A stretch of 63,879 nt of DNA, filler included, from Octopus bimaculoides (lineage: Eukaryota), in assembly GCF_001194135.2 (NCBI RefSeq). It is 5 parts of 5 records of this genome, joined end to end, with 100 filler letters (N's around TTAATTAATTAA, not from the genome) between each part and the next. Parts side by side here need not be neighbours in the genome. Positions count along the whole stretch, not along the records: positions 22,379 to 49,208 come from NC_068985.1; positions 49,309 to 58,742 come from NC_068987.1; 3 more parts are not named here. One strand, written 5' to 3'. Position numbers and translations under genes: made by a program. The notes below the pieces were generated by a model. The model searched no databases and was not told the DNA's origin. It worked only from the letters and a program-made list of their open reading frames with translations. Shown piece by piece: positions 45,402-58,611 of this stretch; the first letter of the stretch is position 1; every line of letters begins with the position of its first letter.

Positions 45402-47769
45402 AAGTGAACAAGGGCACTAATCAGCACCAGTATTGCTAGAAATAAGAGTCAGAATAACTCAACAAAAGCACTATCTTAATGAGCTGACAAGGGAGATAAG
45501 CTCCCTATGGTCGCAGATACAGCCAGATCATCGATGATTTCACACTCTGATGCTTAATGCATCTTAATGCTCATCAATGGCTATTACCACGCTAAGGGTT
45601 AAACCCATCTCGCCTTGTCAGTTTATAAGATTTCCGTTGAGATCGTACGCTGGTTTCAAAACAGTAAAAGTGAAAATTATAAATAATATGGGTGACTAAT
45701 TCGCACAACACAATACAATATGCACAGTTTCCAACATTCATGTAAAGTGACTTCATAACGCTTTTGCAAGCATCTTTGAAATTAAGATGGGGTCGTGCCT
45801 ATGTTGTCTGAACGAACGCCAAGTCACCATAAAGCAGGCTTTTTGGGATATTCCCTTGTGACATGCAGCGTACATGGCAATGAAGCAATATAGGAGTGTC
45901 CTGTCCAAAGCGCAGGCCTCAGTAGGGTTTGTTAGGTACCTCTGTTCTAGATTTTCCCTCAGGGTTTACTCCCGAAACTTTTCCAAGAAGTGGGTATTGC
46001 TGCAAGATAGTAGAGCTTTGACGCTAGAGTTTTCCTTCTCTAGAATCATTGTCTTACCAAGTTGACGAGTTCCATCCACTTGAAGCGCTCATTTTAAGAT
46101 GCCAGTACTCACCTTAGCCCTTTCTCCTGTCAGTACAAACAGTTTCACTAGACTTAAATTCCAAACAGCACAAGAAAGCCAGGAGTTGGACTTGGTTGTC
46201 AGAATCTTGCTGTCAGAAGCATTACTAAGTGGAAGTTTATCCACGGTATCACTTCTTGGCTTGGAATTATATAAAGATGGACGAATAGCATTTAAATCCT
46301 ATATTGAATGAAATATGTGATATTTCCATTACTATATAGTATAAAAATCGATGGAAGACATTCAACAATGCAGTCAATCAACAATACCCGCGTTCCTTCA
46401 AGTATTGTAACTTAGGCTGGTAATTTGAGGAGTGTAGATAACGATAATGCCTTTTCCAGTTTTACACAAGATGTGTCTAAGAGAGGTAAGTGTGTAGTGC
46501 CGATAACGTTATTTACTGTTGAAAAGATATAACCAGAAACATAGAACTAAAAGTGTAAGTAGGATTTTTATCCGTTGAAACTTGGTATAATGTTAATATC
46601 TGGTCAAAGGAGGTAACTATACTGTACGGATAGATTTGATCTCTGACGAAGGGAGCTAACAATGTAGTGTAGAAAATGTAAGGGAGGTAACTAATGTAGT
46701 GTAAGTTGGTCTACGACCAGAGCTTATTTCTGCACACAATATTACTAGATTTGAACCCAACACTGCAGGCTGACAAAAATATGTAAATAGGATAACGTTA
46801 ATGAAATAAAAAATGTAGACAATTACAACAGCAACTAAAAGCATTCATCAGCGATGCAATGTTTCTTTTTATACTATCACCTAAATATGTTTTAACAATA
46901 ATACACCTTGATGAAGTGGGCAATTCATTACGTAATTTCGTCACAATTTACAATTTAGCTGTGTTTTTTTTTATATCCGTCAGTATTATTGGTATTTGAA
47001 TATGGATATTTCCGCAGCAGCAGATGTTTGTTAGTCTCTAACATGCAGCCAAATTACGTACAATTAAAAAAAATATTTCACTGAACAGAAACCAATATTG
47101 GTGTTCATTTGATTCAACATCTGTAGTTTGAATTCAACTGAGAAAAAATGGATCGGGAGAAAGTTCCAGGAGTAACTTAAACGACAAGCATATTGTTTAG
47201 TAAACTACATGTAGAGGGGAAATGGTAATAAAAAGAGAGGGTTTCACCATCTATCTTTTGGCCTTTGAGTACCTTGAACGAAGTTTATTTAACTGAAAAC
47301 ATTCATATCAAGTCACTGATTCGAAGACAGTATAGATTCTTGTTTCACTGTTTGCCATTCATAGTCATCAGCACAGATCGCCAGAACATAGACTGGAAAA
47401 CATTCTCATTGGTCGCCCAATCCAAATAATACGCTGCTCGAGCCCTTAGTTAACACCTAGGAAACAGGTGCATGATCCAGAATTTTCTTGTTTCGATCTG
47501 TAACTGATGCTCTTCCTCTGGACACACAACGTTTCAAAGGATCCAAACAAAGTTACTGACTTCCAAGTGGACTTGGCACGGGAATCTATTATGAATCTTG
47601 TTTCCATCTTCCTTAAATCAACGAAACTTTTCACATTCTCTTATCAAATATACATTTCTGGGCAGTATCGATCCTGGCTGTGTGTATGTATGCTTGCGTG
47701 TTTCTCAGTTTCTGTGTGTCCATGAGCGTGTTTGTGTGTATTTCAAGAAGCAAGGAGATTTCTTTCTCA

Positions 47770-48138
47770 AAACTTTTACGGAAGTGGCGGTTTTTCATCG
47801 TTGCAAACGCGCGCGACACTCCGATGTCAAATCGTCCGGCCGACGACGCCGGCACGCAACAACGACGACGAACCGCGAACGGAACGCCGCACGGCGCATG
47901 CTCCACGCCGCTGGTGACGGCGGTCGGTGCGGGCCAACACGAATGCTGCCGCCTATGGTACGCCTGTTGTGTGCCCTCACAAAACCCGATTAGAATCAAG
48001 CTCAACAAGGTCTTTTCTCGCCGGTCCATCCTAGCCCATTCTCTTGGTTGTGGTTTCGCTAGACAGTGGATAAGGACAGTGGGAATCTCATTGATCTGAG
48101 CATGCGCATCACTAATTAGATGACGAGGCATTTGACTA
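47770..48138 (-). rRNA. Orphan, diverged 28S rRNA fragment (pseudogene)
   Basis: TAG.CAAATGCCTCGTCATCTAATTAGTGA.GCGCATG...GAGATTCCCACTGTCC...CTAGCGAAACCACA.CCAAG...TTGAGCTTGA.TCTA, then a GC-rich expansion segment. Confidence 0.85.
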
Positions 48139-49208
48139 GTTACACAATATATTAATAATATTCTTCCCTATTGTTTACGTAGGCGGTCCCACAGTGCACT
48201 CGTCATAGCAACGCGCAAGAACGGACGTGCACTGTCACAAATCGAGGATGTCGAGCGATGCATAGCCAAGTCTAAGGCTCACTCTGAAATAGACGTAACC
48301 GGTGCCGGTTTTTACCATGGACGGTGCCATCGCGCCTTGAGAGTTAAGCCATCACAACGAAGAGGCCAATTGTCAGCCCAGGCAAACACAGGGGTTTCGA
48401 TCGTCAACTACAGGCCCCCAAGGAGGGATCGATCGAACAGGTGCTCTCCGACGCAGATCGCTCCATGATGCAGGGCGCTTCCGAAGTCAACCTCACCCAG
48501 GTGTAGCAGGGACCACACGAGCGATCCTGGTGCAAATTGGCCTTGCTGCATAGCCCCTACTCTTCGGTAACCACAACCACCGCCCCAAGGCCATGTCCAT
48601 CCGCCCAAGCAGCCAAGAGTGGCAGATCATAACCACACCAGCACACCGGTGTGTTATAGTGGGCAATGTCATTCGTCCTGAATTTTGACCCTCATCAAGA
48701 CGCTTTGGTGTATTATAGAGAACAGCGCCACTCGCCGACGTTCCAGTAGACTCCGAGCGATCGACCATGAGGCCACTGCAGTCCCGACTTCCGTGGACAG
48801 AGCCACGCGTCCAGGGGATGAGAGCGAATCGACTTCAACGACCAGGGCCCCCAGCTTTTGTGGACAAGCTACTCGTCCATTGGGTGCGCCCATCTGCCAC
48901 TCCAGCGTACAATGGGGGAGGATCATAATCGCACCTAAACGCTCGGTATATTAGGGTGGACGGTGCCGTCGGTACCGCCAGACACCGCAACGGTTCCGGT
49001 TCGACGTCATCTCCAGTTGAGATGAATCTGTAACAGATCTACGGCGGCCAATTGCGGGCTCAACACCAAGGTGACCGGCGCACGTCCGAGGATAGTTCCA
49101 GTCGTGGATATCCCTCGAAGCGAGATTACTAGTTTCTTAGGATGACCCACTGACATTACGAGCCCTGGGTTTAACAACGATCACCAGGAAATGTCGGGTC
49201 GGAGCACA
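48139..49208 (-). mobile_element. Decayed R2-like retrotransposon 3' part joined at the canonical R2 site
   Basis: 28S homology starts exactly at TAG(C)CAAATGCC. Broken frames give ..HPLDAWL, LYNTPKRL, IAHYN...LAAWA.GHG..V..E and PVFAWADNWP, resembling the R2 C-terminal region. Runs into a gap. Confidence 0.65.
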
Positions 49209-49499
49209 NNNNNNNNNNNNNNNNNNNNNNNNNNNNNNNNNNNNNNNNNNNNTTAATTAATTAANNNNNNNNNNNNNNNNNNNNNNNNNNNNNNNNNNNN
49301 NNNNNNNNTTTGAAAATTGGTTATGGAACACGTGTAATCTTTTTATTATATTTATCTTATGATATTTACTTTACTTTATATTATACTCATTTATTGTGCT
49401 TTTAATTATTAATTTTTCTATATGTGATAGTGGATTTTCATCAATGAGTTCTTGAAAATTGGTTATTTTCCCTAAAACTATATATATATATACACATAT

Positions 49500-49655
49500 A
49501 TACGACGGGCTTCCTTCAGTTTCTGTCTACCAAATCCACTCACAAGGCTTTGGTCAGCCCGAGGCTATAGTAGCAGACACTTGCCCAAGGTGCCACGCAG
49601 TGGGACTGAACCCAGAACCATGTGGTTGGTAAGAAAGCTACTTACAACACAGCCC
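49500..49655 (-). mobile_element. CORE-type SINE 5' half
   Basis: Match to the recurrent SINE. Confidence 0.8.
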
Positions 49656-49864
49656 CTCCAACAATAATTTTATTCAAGTGTTAATAAGCAAATGAATTTT
49701 ATATATAATTCTGATGGGTTGAGTTTGAGACCTCATCAATATACTATTGCATAAATTATGCCATAATATAACAATATTCATAAAATTGAATTTCAATGAA
49801 ACAATTGTAAATTATTGTAATAAAAGGACACACTCATTCTATTCTCCTTGCTTATAATTATTTA

Positions 49865-50235
49865 TATAGGCGCAGTCACTTCCCAATCACATGGTTCCAG
49901 GTTCAGTCCCACTGCATGTTACCTTGGGCAAGTGTCTTCTACTACAGCCTCAGGCCAACCAAAGCCTTGTGAGTGGATTTGGTAGACAGAAACTGAAAGA
50001 AGCCCATCGTATATATGTGTGTGTGTGTATTTATGTTTGTGTCTTTGTTCCCCCACCATCACTTGACAACCAATGTTGGTGTGTTTACGTCCCAGTAACT
50101 TAGCGGTTCGACAAAAGTGACCAATAGAATAAATACTAGGCTTACAAAGAATAAGCTCTGGGGTCAATTTGCATGACTAAAGGCTGTGCTCCAGCATGGC
50201 CACAGTCAAAATGACTGAAACAAGTAAAAGAATAA
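49865..50235 (+). mobile_element. CORE-type SINE, near full length
   Basis: Match to the recurrent SINE, including the (taaaagaa)n tail. Confidence 0.85.
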
Positions 50236-50535
50236 AAGAAAGAATTATTTCCCATCTTTCTGTTAGTTTTGTTTCATTTTAGAAAACAAAAATTTATTTT
50301 ATGGTTTATTATTGTTTACATTTTGAATTATATATGGAAGCACCAAAATCTTTTGAGTGCTTAGGCCCTCTATGGGTCTTAATCCGGCCCTGCTTTCAGG
50401 GTTTGATAAAATAAGTACCGGTCAAGTACTGGGGTTTAGGTAATCAACTTTAGGTCCCTGTACCAGAATTTGAAACCATCAATTATTATATTTCTCATCC
50501 TTTGATTAAAAACAATGCTTATACATGAAGTATGT

Positions 50536-50790
50536 GGAGGCATGTGGCTTAGTGGTTCGAGTGTCAGCATCATGATCGTCAGATTGTGGTTTCGATTCCT
50601 GGACAGGGCAACACATTGTGTTCTTGAGCAATACACTTCATTTCATGTTGCTCTAGTCCACTCAGCTGACAAAAATGAGTAATGCTACAATGGACTGGCA
50701 TCCTGTCCAGCTGAGGAACACATATGCCATAGAAACCGGGAAACCAGGCCCATGAGCCTGGCTAGGCTTTAAAAGGGCGCATTTATTTTA
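50536..50790 (+). mobile_element. tRNA-derived SINE (V/Meta-like domain)
   Basis: A box TGGCTTAGTGG and B box GTTTCGATTCC; gtccactcagctg..aaaatgagta...atggactggcatcctgtccag. Confidence 0.7.
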
Positions 50791-50807
50791 TACATGAAGT
50801 ATAACAT

Positions 50808-50985
50808 AATCCTTTCTACTAAAGGCACAAGGCCTGAAATTTTTTGGTAGGGGGACTAGCCAATTACATCAACCCCAGTGTTTCACTGGTATTTAATTTA
50901 TCAACCCTAAAAGGATGAAAGGCAAAGTCAACCTTGGCGGAATTTGAACTCTGGTGTGCCAACGATTCTGCCAGCTCGTCGCCTT
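50808..50985 (-). mobile_element. Nin/Deu-domain SINE
   Basis: Reverse complement of the 26607 family. Confidence 0.7.
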
Positions 50986-51135
50986 ATGAAGTATAACATA
51001 ATGTAACAGTTATACAACTGTGTATATTATTGTTTGTACTTTATTCCGTTAGTTGTTATGTTTTAGTCATTCAAAGAAAAAAGTACAAAAAAATTAATAA
51101 GTATGCAAGTATACCTGAGTATATATATATATATA

Positions 51136-51275
51136 CTGGTACTTAATTTATCGACCCCAAACAGATGAAAGGCAAAGCTGACTTCAGCGGAATTTGAACT
51201 CAGAACGTAACGGCAGATGAAATACCACTAAGCATTTTGCCTGGCATGCTAACGTTTCTGCCAGCTCGCCGCCTT
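51136..51275 (-). mobile_element. Nin/Deu-domain SINE, truncated
   Basis: Near-identical to 54384-54523. Confidence 0.75.
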
Positions 51276-51316
51276 GAAATGTACAGACTGGAGCGAACAC
51301 ATGTTACAATGAAGTA

Positions 51317-51355
51317 GAGAAATTTGAAAAGACAACTCGAAACCGGTTATTTCTC
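51317..51355 (+). ncRNA. Minimal hammerhead motif with two core substitutions
   Basis: gagaaat-TTGAAAA-ga-caac-tc-GAA-ACCGGT-T-atttctc: 7-bp stem I, palindromic stem III, GUU site. Confidence 0.6.
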
Positions 51356-51459
51356 CAAATACAATGTTTATATACCAAAAAAATTTTATAACATTTTTCT
51401 GACATAATTTAAATATATACTTTAACCATGTAACACAAGCCTTCTGTTGTTTTTTCACT

Positions 51460-51461
51460 CT

Positions 51462-51503
<42 letters not shown>

Positions 51504-51767
51504 GAGTAGAATATATTATTATGTATATGCGTATGTGTAAATGTGTATGTGCATGTGTGAAAGAAAGAAAGAGAATGTGTGTATATATTCATACATACAT
51601 ATTATATATATACTTATACGCACACACACATATATATATATTCACACACGTACATGTATGTACATACATATATACTTATATATGTGTATATATACAGACA
51701 CACATACACTTACTTATATATACATGTATATATATGTATATAAATACACATAGATGTGTGTATATAT

Positions 51768-51801
<34 letters not shown>

Positions 51802-52360
51802 ATGTACATATATGTATCTATACATGTGTGCATGTATGTATGCACATGTGTGTCAATACAAATCTGTGTGAGTATTGTCTATACATGTGTTCCAACACAC
51901 ATATGCTTACCCACATACAATACACACATGCATCACACACAAACCTACATGCATAGTGCGTTACATCAATTTTCACGCTTGCATAGGTGGGGATAGTTTA
52001 TTTGTTGGAACAATTATTTTTACAGCTGGAGGCCCTTCCTGGAAGCCTAACCACTTAACCATGAACAAATGTGGAGGAGCATGTTTCTTGTTTCATCAAA
52101 CAAACAAGATTGTGACAGTAGGAAAACCTGAAAGTCAAAATGGATGTATAAAACAATATATATGTGTATATATATATATATATATATGCATTCATGTATG
52201 TATGTATGCATGCATGCATACACACATGCATATGTGTGTATTTGTGTGTGCGTGTGTGTATGTGTGTGCATATATACACACACATATATATATGCATATA
52301 TATATGTATGTATGTGTGGTTATGTGGATATAAGTATTTGTGTATATAATTAGATGGTTT

Positions 52361-52393
<33 letters not shown>

Positions 52394-52395
52394 CT
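51460..52395. repeat. Complex (TA)/(CA)/(TG)/(GATA) low-complexity tract
   Basis: Direct; source of many spurious Y/I/C/V/H/T ORFs. Confidence 0.9.
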
Positions 52396-53343
52396 TTCTT
52401 TTATTAGCCACACAGGGCTGCACACAGAGGGGACAAATACAACTGTAGAGCTTTTCTTTAAGANNNNNNNNNNNNNNNNNNNNNNNNNNNNNNNNNNNNN
52501 NNNNNNNNNNNNNNNNNNNNNNNNNNNNNNNNNNNNNNNNNNNNNNNNNNNNNNNNNNNNNNNNNNNNNNNNNNNNNNNNNNNNNNNNNNNNNNNNNNNN
52601 NNNNNNNNNNNNNNNNNNNNNNNNNNNNNNNNNNNNNNNNNNNNNNNNNNNNNNNNNNNNNNNNNNNNNNNNNNNNNNNNNNNNNNNNNNNNNNNNNNNN
52701 NNNNNNNNNNNNNNNNNNNNNNNNNNNNNNNNNNNNNNNNNNNNNNNNNNNNNNNNNNNNNNNNNNNNNNNNNNNNNNNNNNNNNNNNNNNNNNNNNNNN
52801 NNNNNNNNNNNNNNNNNNNNNNNNNNNNNNNNNNNNNNNNNNNNNNNNNNNNNNNNNNNNNNNNNNNNNNNNNNNNNNNNNNNNNNNNNNNNNNNNNNNN
52901 NNNNNNNNNNNNNNNNNNNNNNNNNNNNNNNNNNNNNNNNNNNNNNNNNNNNNNNNNNNNNNNNNNNNNNNNNNNNNNNNNNNNNNNNNNNNNNNNNNNN
53001 NNNNNNNNNNNNNNNNNNNNNNNNNNNNNNNNNNNNNNNNNNNNNNNNNNNNNNNNNNNNNNNNNNNNNNNNNNNNNNNNNNNNNNNNNNNNNNNNNNNN
53101 NNNNNNNNNNNNNNNNNNNNNNNNNNNNNNNNNNNNNNNNNNNNNNNNNNNNNNNNNNNNNNNNNNNNNNNNNNNNNNNNNNNNNNNNNNNNNNNNNNNN
53201 NNNNNNNNNNNNNNNNNNNNNNNNNNNNNNNNNNNNNNNNNNNNNNNNNNNNNNNNNNNNNNNNNNNNNNNNNNNNNNNNNNNNNNNNNNNNNCCTCCCC
53301 TCCACTAATCCTCTATAGAACGCTTTTGTGGAATCAAAGTTGC

Positions 53344-53414
<71 letters not shown>
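53344..53414. repeat. (TAGA)n microsatellite
   Basis: Direct. Confidence 0.95.
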
Positions 53415-53415
<1 letters not shown>

Positions 53416-54051
53416 CATATTTATCTTTTATTTGTGTCAATCATGAGATTGCAGCCATACTGTGGCACTGCCTTGAAGGGTTGCCACCTTATCATTCATA
53501 GATATTGAATAAGTACTAAACAGAATAAAAATTATTACTGAGGTAGATATGATAACCAACTTAAAAAAAAGAAATAGACTCTGAAAATGGTACTCCAACG
53601 AACTGCACTCCATTGACTAATATGACAAAAGACTAAAAAGACTATTGACAAAGACTAAGAGAAACATTGATTTATCTAATTCTTGTGGGATGTCAGACCA
53701 TCCAAATGATAATTACAGTTATGTTGATGAAAATATATTATTTTTCTTTTACAACATATTTCACCATATTTTGCTTTATTTAATGTTCTTATCAATAAAT
53801 ATACTCGCATTACTATTATCAATATGAAATATCTCATGAATCTTGTTTGACAAGAAGAAAAAAAAGAAATTTCGTTTTTGGAGATTAGAAACAACATCGG
53901 GGTAGTTTTTATGATTTCCGAAAATGTCAGAGTATGACGAAATAATTGAATGATTTTTATACAACTTCCTTTCCAAATAAGATATCGGTTATATCTGTTT
54001 TATATCTACAAGAGTTCCACGTAAAATATAAATATTTACTTGGAAACTTTG

Positions 54052-54053
<2 letters not shown>

Positions 54054-54130
<77 letters not shown>

Positions 54131-54287
54131 CAGGTGTATTTAATAAATTATTTGATGCACTGTATATCACAGATAGGTAGAGAATATTAATACTACTTAT
54201 ACTTCTACTACTACTACTACTACTACTATTACTACTACTACTACTAAAAATAATAATAATAATAATAAGAAGAAGAAGAAAAATAAA

Positions 54288-54324
<37 letters not shown>

Positions 54325-54325
54325 C
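54054..54325. repeat. (GT)n followed by (CTA)n/(AAT)n/(AAG)n microsatellites
   Basis: Direct. Confidence 0.9.
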
Positions 54326-54383
54326 AACCTTGAAAAGAGGAAAAAATAGTCAAGAGTAGCAACATCACACTAGACAAAGCTAA

Positions 54384-54523
54384 CTGGTACTTAATTTATC
54401 GACCCCAAACAGATGAAAGGCAAAGCTGACCTAAGCGGAATTTGCACTCAGAACGTAACGGCAGATGAAATACCACTAAGCATTTTGCCTGGCATGCTAA
54501 CGTTTCTGCCAGCTCGCCGCCTT
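54384..54523 (-). mobile_element. Nin/Deu-domain SINE, truncated
   Basis: Near-identical to 51136-51275. Confidence 0.75.
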
Positions 54524-56030
54524 GAAATGTACAATAATAATAACAACCACAACAGCAACAGCAATAATAATAATAAGAAGAAAGATTTATATCATTAGCC
54601 AGAGGGGCATAGATGAGGGAAACATCACAAACACAGTCTACAGTTTGTGTGTGTGGTGGGGATTACATAAAAGACAGGGAAATGAAATAAAATAACCATA
54701 ATATACAAAGAATGTTAATATGAATGATATGGTCCTCCTGATATAAGGGAAACTCCAACTAGGATCACTCGAGGAACCTCATAGATCTAGGATTACCAGC
54801 ACCACCAAGGGCACAAGCCCTTACCCAACTGTTGCTCTCCAATCTACGAGTGTAAGCTTAGCGTAGTGCCATTGGTTTCCGATTTTGGCCCAGCAGATTT
54901 AAGAGTAAGGGTTAATCGATATCATCAACCCCAGTAATTAAATTGTTTCTTTATTGACCCTGGAAAGACGATGGGTAAAGTTGACATAAGTAGGGTTTGA
55001 ACTCAGAGCCAGAAGAGAAAGAAAGAATACAGCAGAGCATTTTGTCTGACGTACAAAGGGTTTGGCCAATCCACTTTTAATAGTACTTACTAATACAGGT
55101 ACAAACCCTGAGAGTCAAGGAAGTGGTTAGTCAATCCATACTTAGTTGAACAATAAAAATAAGATTACTCACGACTAATAATGTTAATCTCATAGAATGT
55201 AAGTTATTTAGAACCGTATCTAATGCGATAACATCTCTTAGATACACCATTATTTTTCAGTTTAGTTATGTACACCTCATCAACATCATCCCATGAAGTG
55301 CATTCCGCTATTCTGGTGCGTATAAATGCCTGTTAATAATTCATTCCTAAGAGTTGAGGATTTATGCCACCCAATCAGAACTAATTATGCTACAGAAATC
55401 AATTAAATTTGCTGTGTTTGGAAGAACAATAGAAAACTTACTTTCATATTAATGGTGAAGTGCTTTCCAGCAATATGAGAAAAAAAAAATTGATCTTCTC
55501 ACTATAGAACAAGGAAATATAATAATGTATAGTATTAAAATGTGATGGTCTTGCCTGAAGTCATACAGAAATGTAATAAACTGGTTTTAAAGAATTCATA
55601 AGGACTGTTTGTGTTAATAAAACCAAAAACAATTGAATTATTGGTAAGGTTGATAAACCCTGGGGTTCTCTGTTAATATAAACATGTTTAGACCACTTAG
55701 GTCTAAATTTAGCAAAGGCCTCTAAATTTAGGGGAGCGGATTAGTGTAGTCAAATATATCAGCCTGGTGCTTGAATGGTATTTTGTTTTAGTGACAAATA
55801 TATTAAATATAAAATGTTTTTATGTTTGTCTCAGCAGATTTTCTAATCAAACTGTCCAACCCATGCCAGCATGGAAAGCAGATGTTAAACAATGATGATG
55901 ATGATGAAGATGATGTCTCTACAGGTTTTCTCTCAAATTTAGAGCCAGCACTGAAAGTTGCTATGTTTTGTATATGAATACATCTATGTAAACAATGCAA
56001 TCAAAGATAGAAAAATAGGTAATGGGTGTA

Positions 56031-56246
56031 TGAGGGTGTGCTGAAAAGTTCCTGGCCTTAAAGGCATTGCGAAAGGCCTGGTTGGAGGCCTAACTTTCTG
56101 GGTTCTTTTACAAGGCTTAGGAAAACTGAAGGACTGTTGTAATAAGCATGTGAATCTGAGAGGGGAATATGTTGAATAAAATCATAATTAACTGATCTTC
56201 ATGTATTTTTTTTACCCAAAACCAGGACATTTTCAACCTCCCCTCG
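56031..56246. mobile_element. Mariner-type MITE copy 1
   Basis: TA-(t/c)gagggtgtgctgaaaagttcctgg ... ccaggacattttcaacctcccctcg-TA. Confidence 0.8.
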
Positions 56247-56279
56247 TATGTATGATGTATGTATACAGACAAACATATA

Positions 56280-56496
56280 CAAGCCGGTGCTGAAGAGTTC
56301 CTGGTTTTAAGGATATCATGAAAGTCCTGGATGAAGGTGGAACCTTCTGAGTTCTTTTACAGGGCTTAGAAAAACTGAAGAACTACTGCAATAAGTGTGT
56401 GAATCAGAGAGGGGAATATGTTGACTAAAATCATAATTAACTGATCCTCCTGTATTTTCTCTTACCCAAAGCCAGGAACTTTTCAGCACCCCCTCG
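56280..56496. mobile_element. Mariner-type MITE copy 2, tandem to copy 1
   Basis: ggtgctgaagagttcctgg ... ccaggaacttttcagcaccccctcg-TA; same internal sequence as copy 1. Confidence 0.8.
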
Positions 56497-56892
56497 TAGA
56501 ACTTCAGCAGTTCTTGCTCCTTTTTCAACACCACTTCCAGTACATTAACCATCCATGAATACATTGCTTAAGTGTCCGCTAAGTTTAGCTGTGTGAAACT
56601 TTTGGACAGACCAATTTAGATATCAAATACGTTACTGGCAGCTGTTGCAGACATACCAATTACTGGTAGCTTATAGTTGTAAGGGCACTGAACTAAAATG
56701 AGACATTTTGTCTGTCACCCTACTAAATTTTTTATTCTTAAACAAGAATGTTGTTGTCAGTGACTTCGAAGTTTTGGCCTGCTGAGCCATCGTTGGACCG
56801 CAATGCATTAGAGTTAGCCTTGCTTTTATATAATGAACCCATCGGATTTTAATGTAAAATTGTTTTTATTACAACTGAACATAAAAACAGAC

Positions 56893-56940
<48 letters not shown>

Positions 56941-57002
56941 CAATTAGAAAATGGAGGATAATATGCTGAACCCGTAAAACCTCCACTTTGAGTATAGATT
57001 CC

Positions 57003-57156
57003 GTGGCTGTGTGGTAAGTAGCTTGCTTACCAACCACATGGTTCCGGGTTCAGTCCCACTGTAATGGCACCTTGGGTCAGTGTCTTCTACTATAGCCTCG
57101 GGCTGACCAAAGCCTTGTGAGTGGATTTGGTAGACAGAAACTGCAAGAAGCCCATC

Positions 57157-57190
<34 letters not shown>

Positions 57191-57380
57191 CTGTCTGTCT
57201 GTCTGTATTTGTCCCCCCCATCAGTGCTCAACAACTGATGTTAGTGTGTTTACGTCCCCATAACTTAGTGATTCAGTAAAAGAGACTGACAGGATAAGTA
57301 CTAGGCTCACAAAGAATAAGTCCTGGGGTCAGTTTGTTCGACTAAAGTCAGTGCTCCAGCATGGCTGCAGTAAAATGACT
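57003..57380 (+). mobile_element. CORE-type SINE
   Basis: Match to the recurrent SINE. Confidence 0.85.
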
Positions 57381-57418
57381 GAATACATACATAAAAGAAT
57401 ACATACATACATATATAC

Positions 57419-57463
<45 letters not shown>

Positions 57464-57639
57464 TACACATGTATGTATATATGTATGTATGGTGCAGGCT
57501 ACAGTCAAATCATCAAACCCATGCCAGCATGGAGGGCAGACAATAAATGATGAAGATGATGATGATGATATATAAATTTTTGACTGTTAGTTTTACATAA
57601 CAGGACCCAATGTTAATCTTTTGATGTGATGTGTGTGTG

Positions 57640-58310
57640 TGTGATTTGCACCTTTCTTTTGCCATGTTATTACAACATGAGTATAGATTCCATGATTAGT
57701 CTTCTATTTTTATTATCCTCTCTTATTTTTCCTATTTGTTTTGTAGAATGTGTTATAGTGTTTTATGATTGCTTCCTGTTGTAAATGCATAGTGTGCCAA
57801 CAAGAGACTGTTGTACTAGTATGTCCAGTTTTACAGTCAGCTGCGTAGATTTCATTGGTTATTAGTTACATGTTCTTGTGTTTATTTGCTTGTGATGTGT
57901 TATTGATAAGGAGGTTTTTGTAGTATATCATTATTTTAAGTTTCTGGTTGGGTATGATGCAATTTGTGTTCCATTTTATGAGGTTTCTGATCATGTATTT
58001 GTCTGTTCAATAGTTGTTATGCATTTGATTGATATAATAAATGTTACGAGTGATTTGAGTATTTTTATTGAATATATCGTCTGATGTATTTGTTGTATTG
58101 TATTTGTGTGTGTGACTGTGCACTGGAGAAGTTTATTTCATGACCAAACGGTCACAGGTTCATATCTGTCAACATGGATGGACAGCTCCTTTGTTGTGTC
58201 TACTTGGATTAGTTCCATTCTTAGGCATTCTCTGCAATCAACAGTCTCTCATAGTAGCAATTATTTTAACATTAAATAATTGGAAAGATTTTACTTGTAT
58301 TCAAGTTAAT
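57640..58310 (-). mobile_element. Highly decayed PLE (RT C-terminus, linker, GIY-YIG) of a different type from 10480-13192
   Basis: IRNLIK.NT.C..PNQKLKIMIYYKN, GHTSTTVS..HTMHLQQ.AI.KH and RLIMESIL motifs in broken frames. Confidence 0.55.
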
Positions 58311-58321
58311 GTGAAAGGATA

Positions 58322-58485
58322 GGCATGGCTGTGTGGTAAGAAGCTTGCTTACCAACCACATGGTTCCGGGTTCAGTCCCACTGTGTGACACCTTGGGCAG
58401 GTGTCTTCTACTATAGCCTCGGGCCGACCAAAGCCTTGTGAGTGGATTTGGTAGACAGAAACTGAAAGAAGCCCATCGTATGTAT
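58322..58485 (+). mobile_element. CORE-type SINE 5' half
   Basis: Match to the recurrent SINE. Confidence 0.85.
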
Positions 58486-58611
58486 ATATATATATATATA
58501 TATATATAAGATTAGGTAGGGTATATATTGTACAGGTGTGAACTTGCTAGCCACCTTATTATTACTGTACATAACGGTAATAATACTACTTTATTTACAT
58601 TTTTCATATAT

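Noticed and set aside
45700-46250. Weak RTE-like APE endonuclease similarity on the - strand
   Set aside because: Only scattered residues match; not supportable without a profile search.
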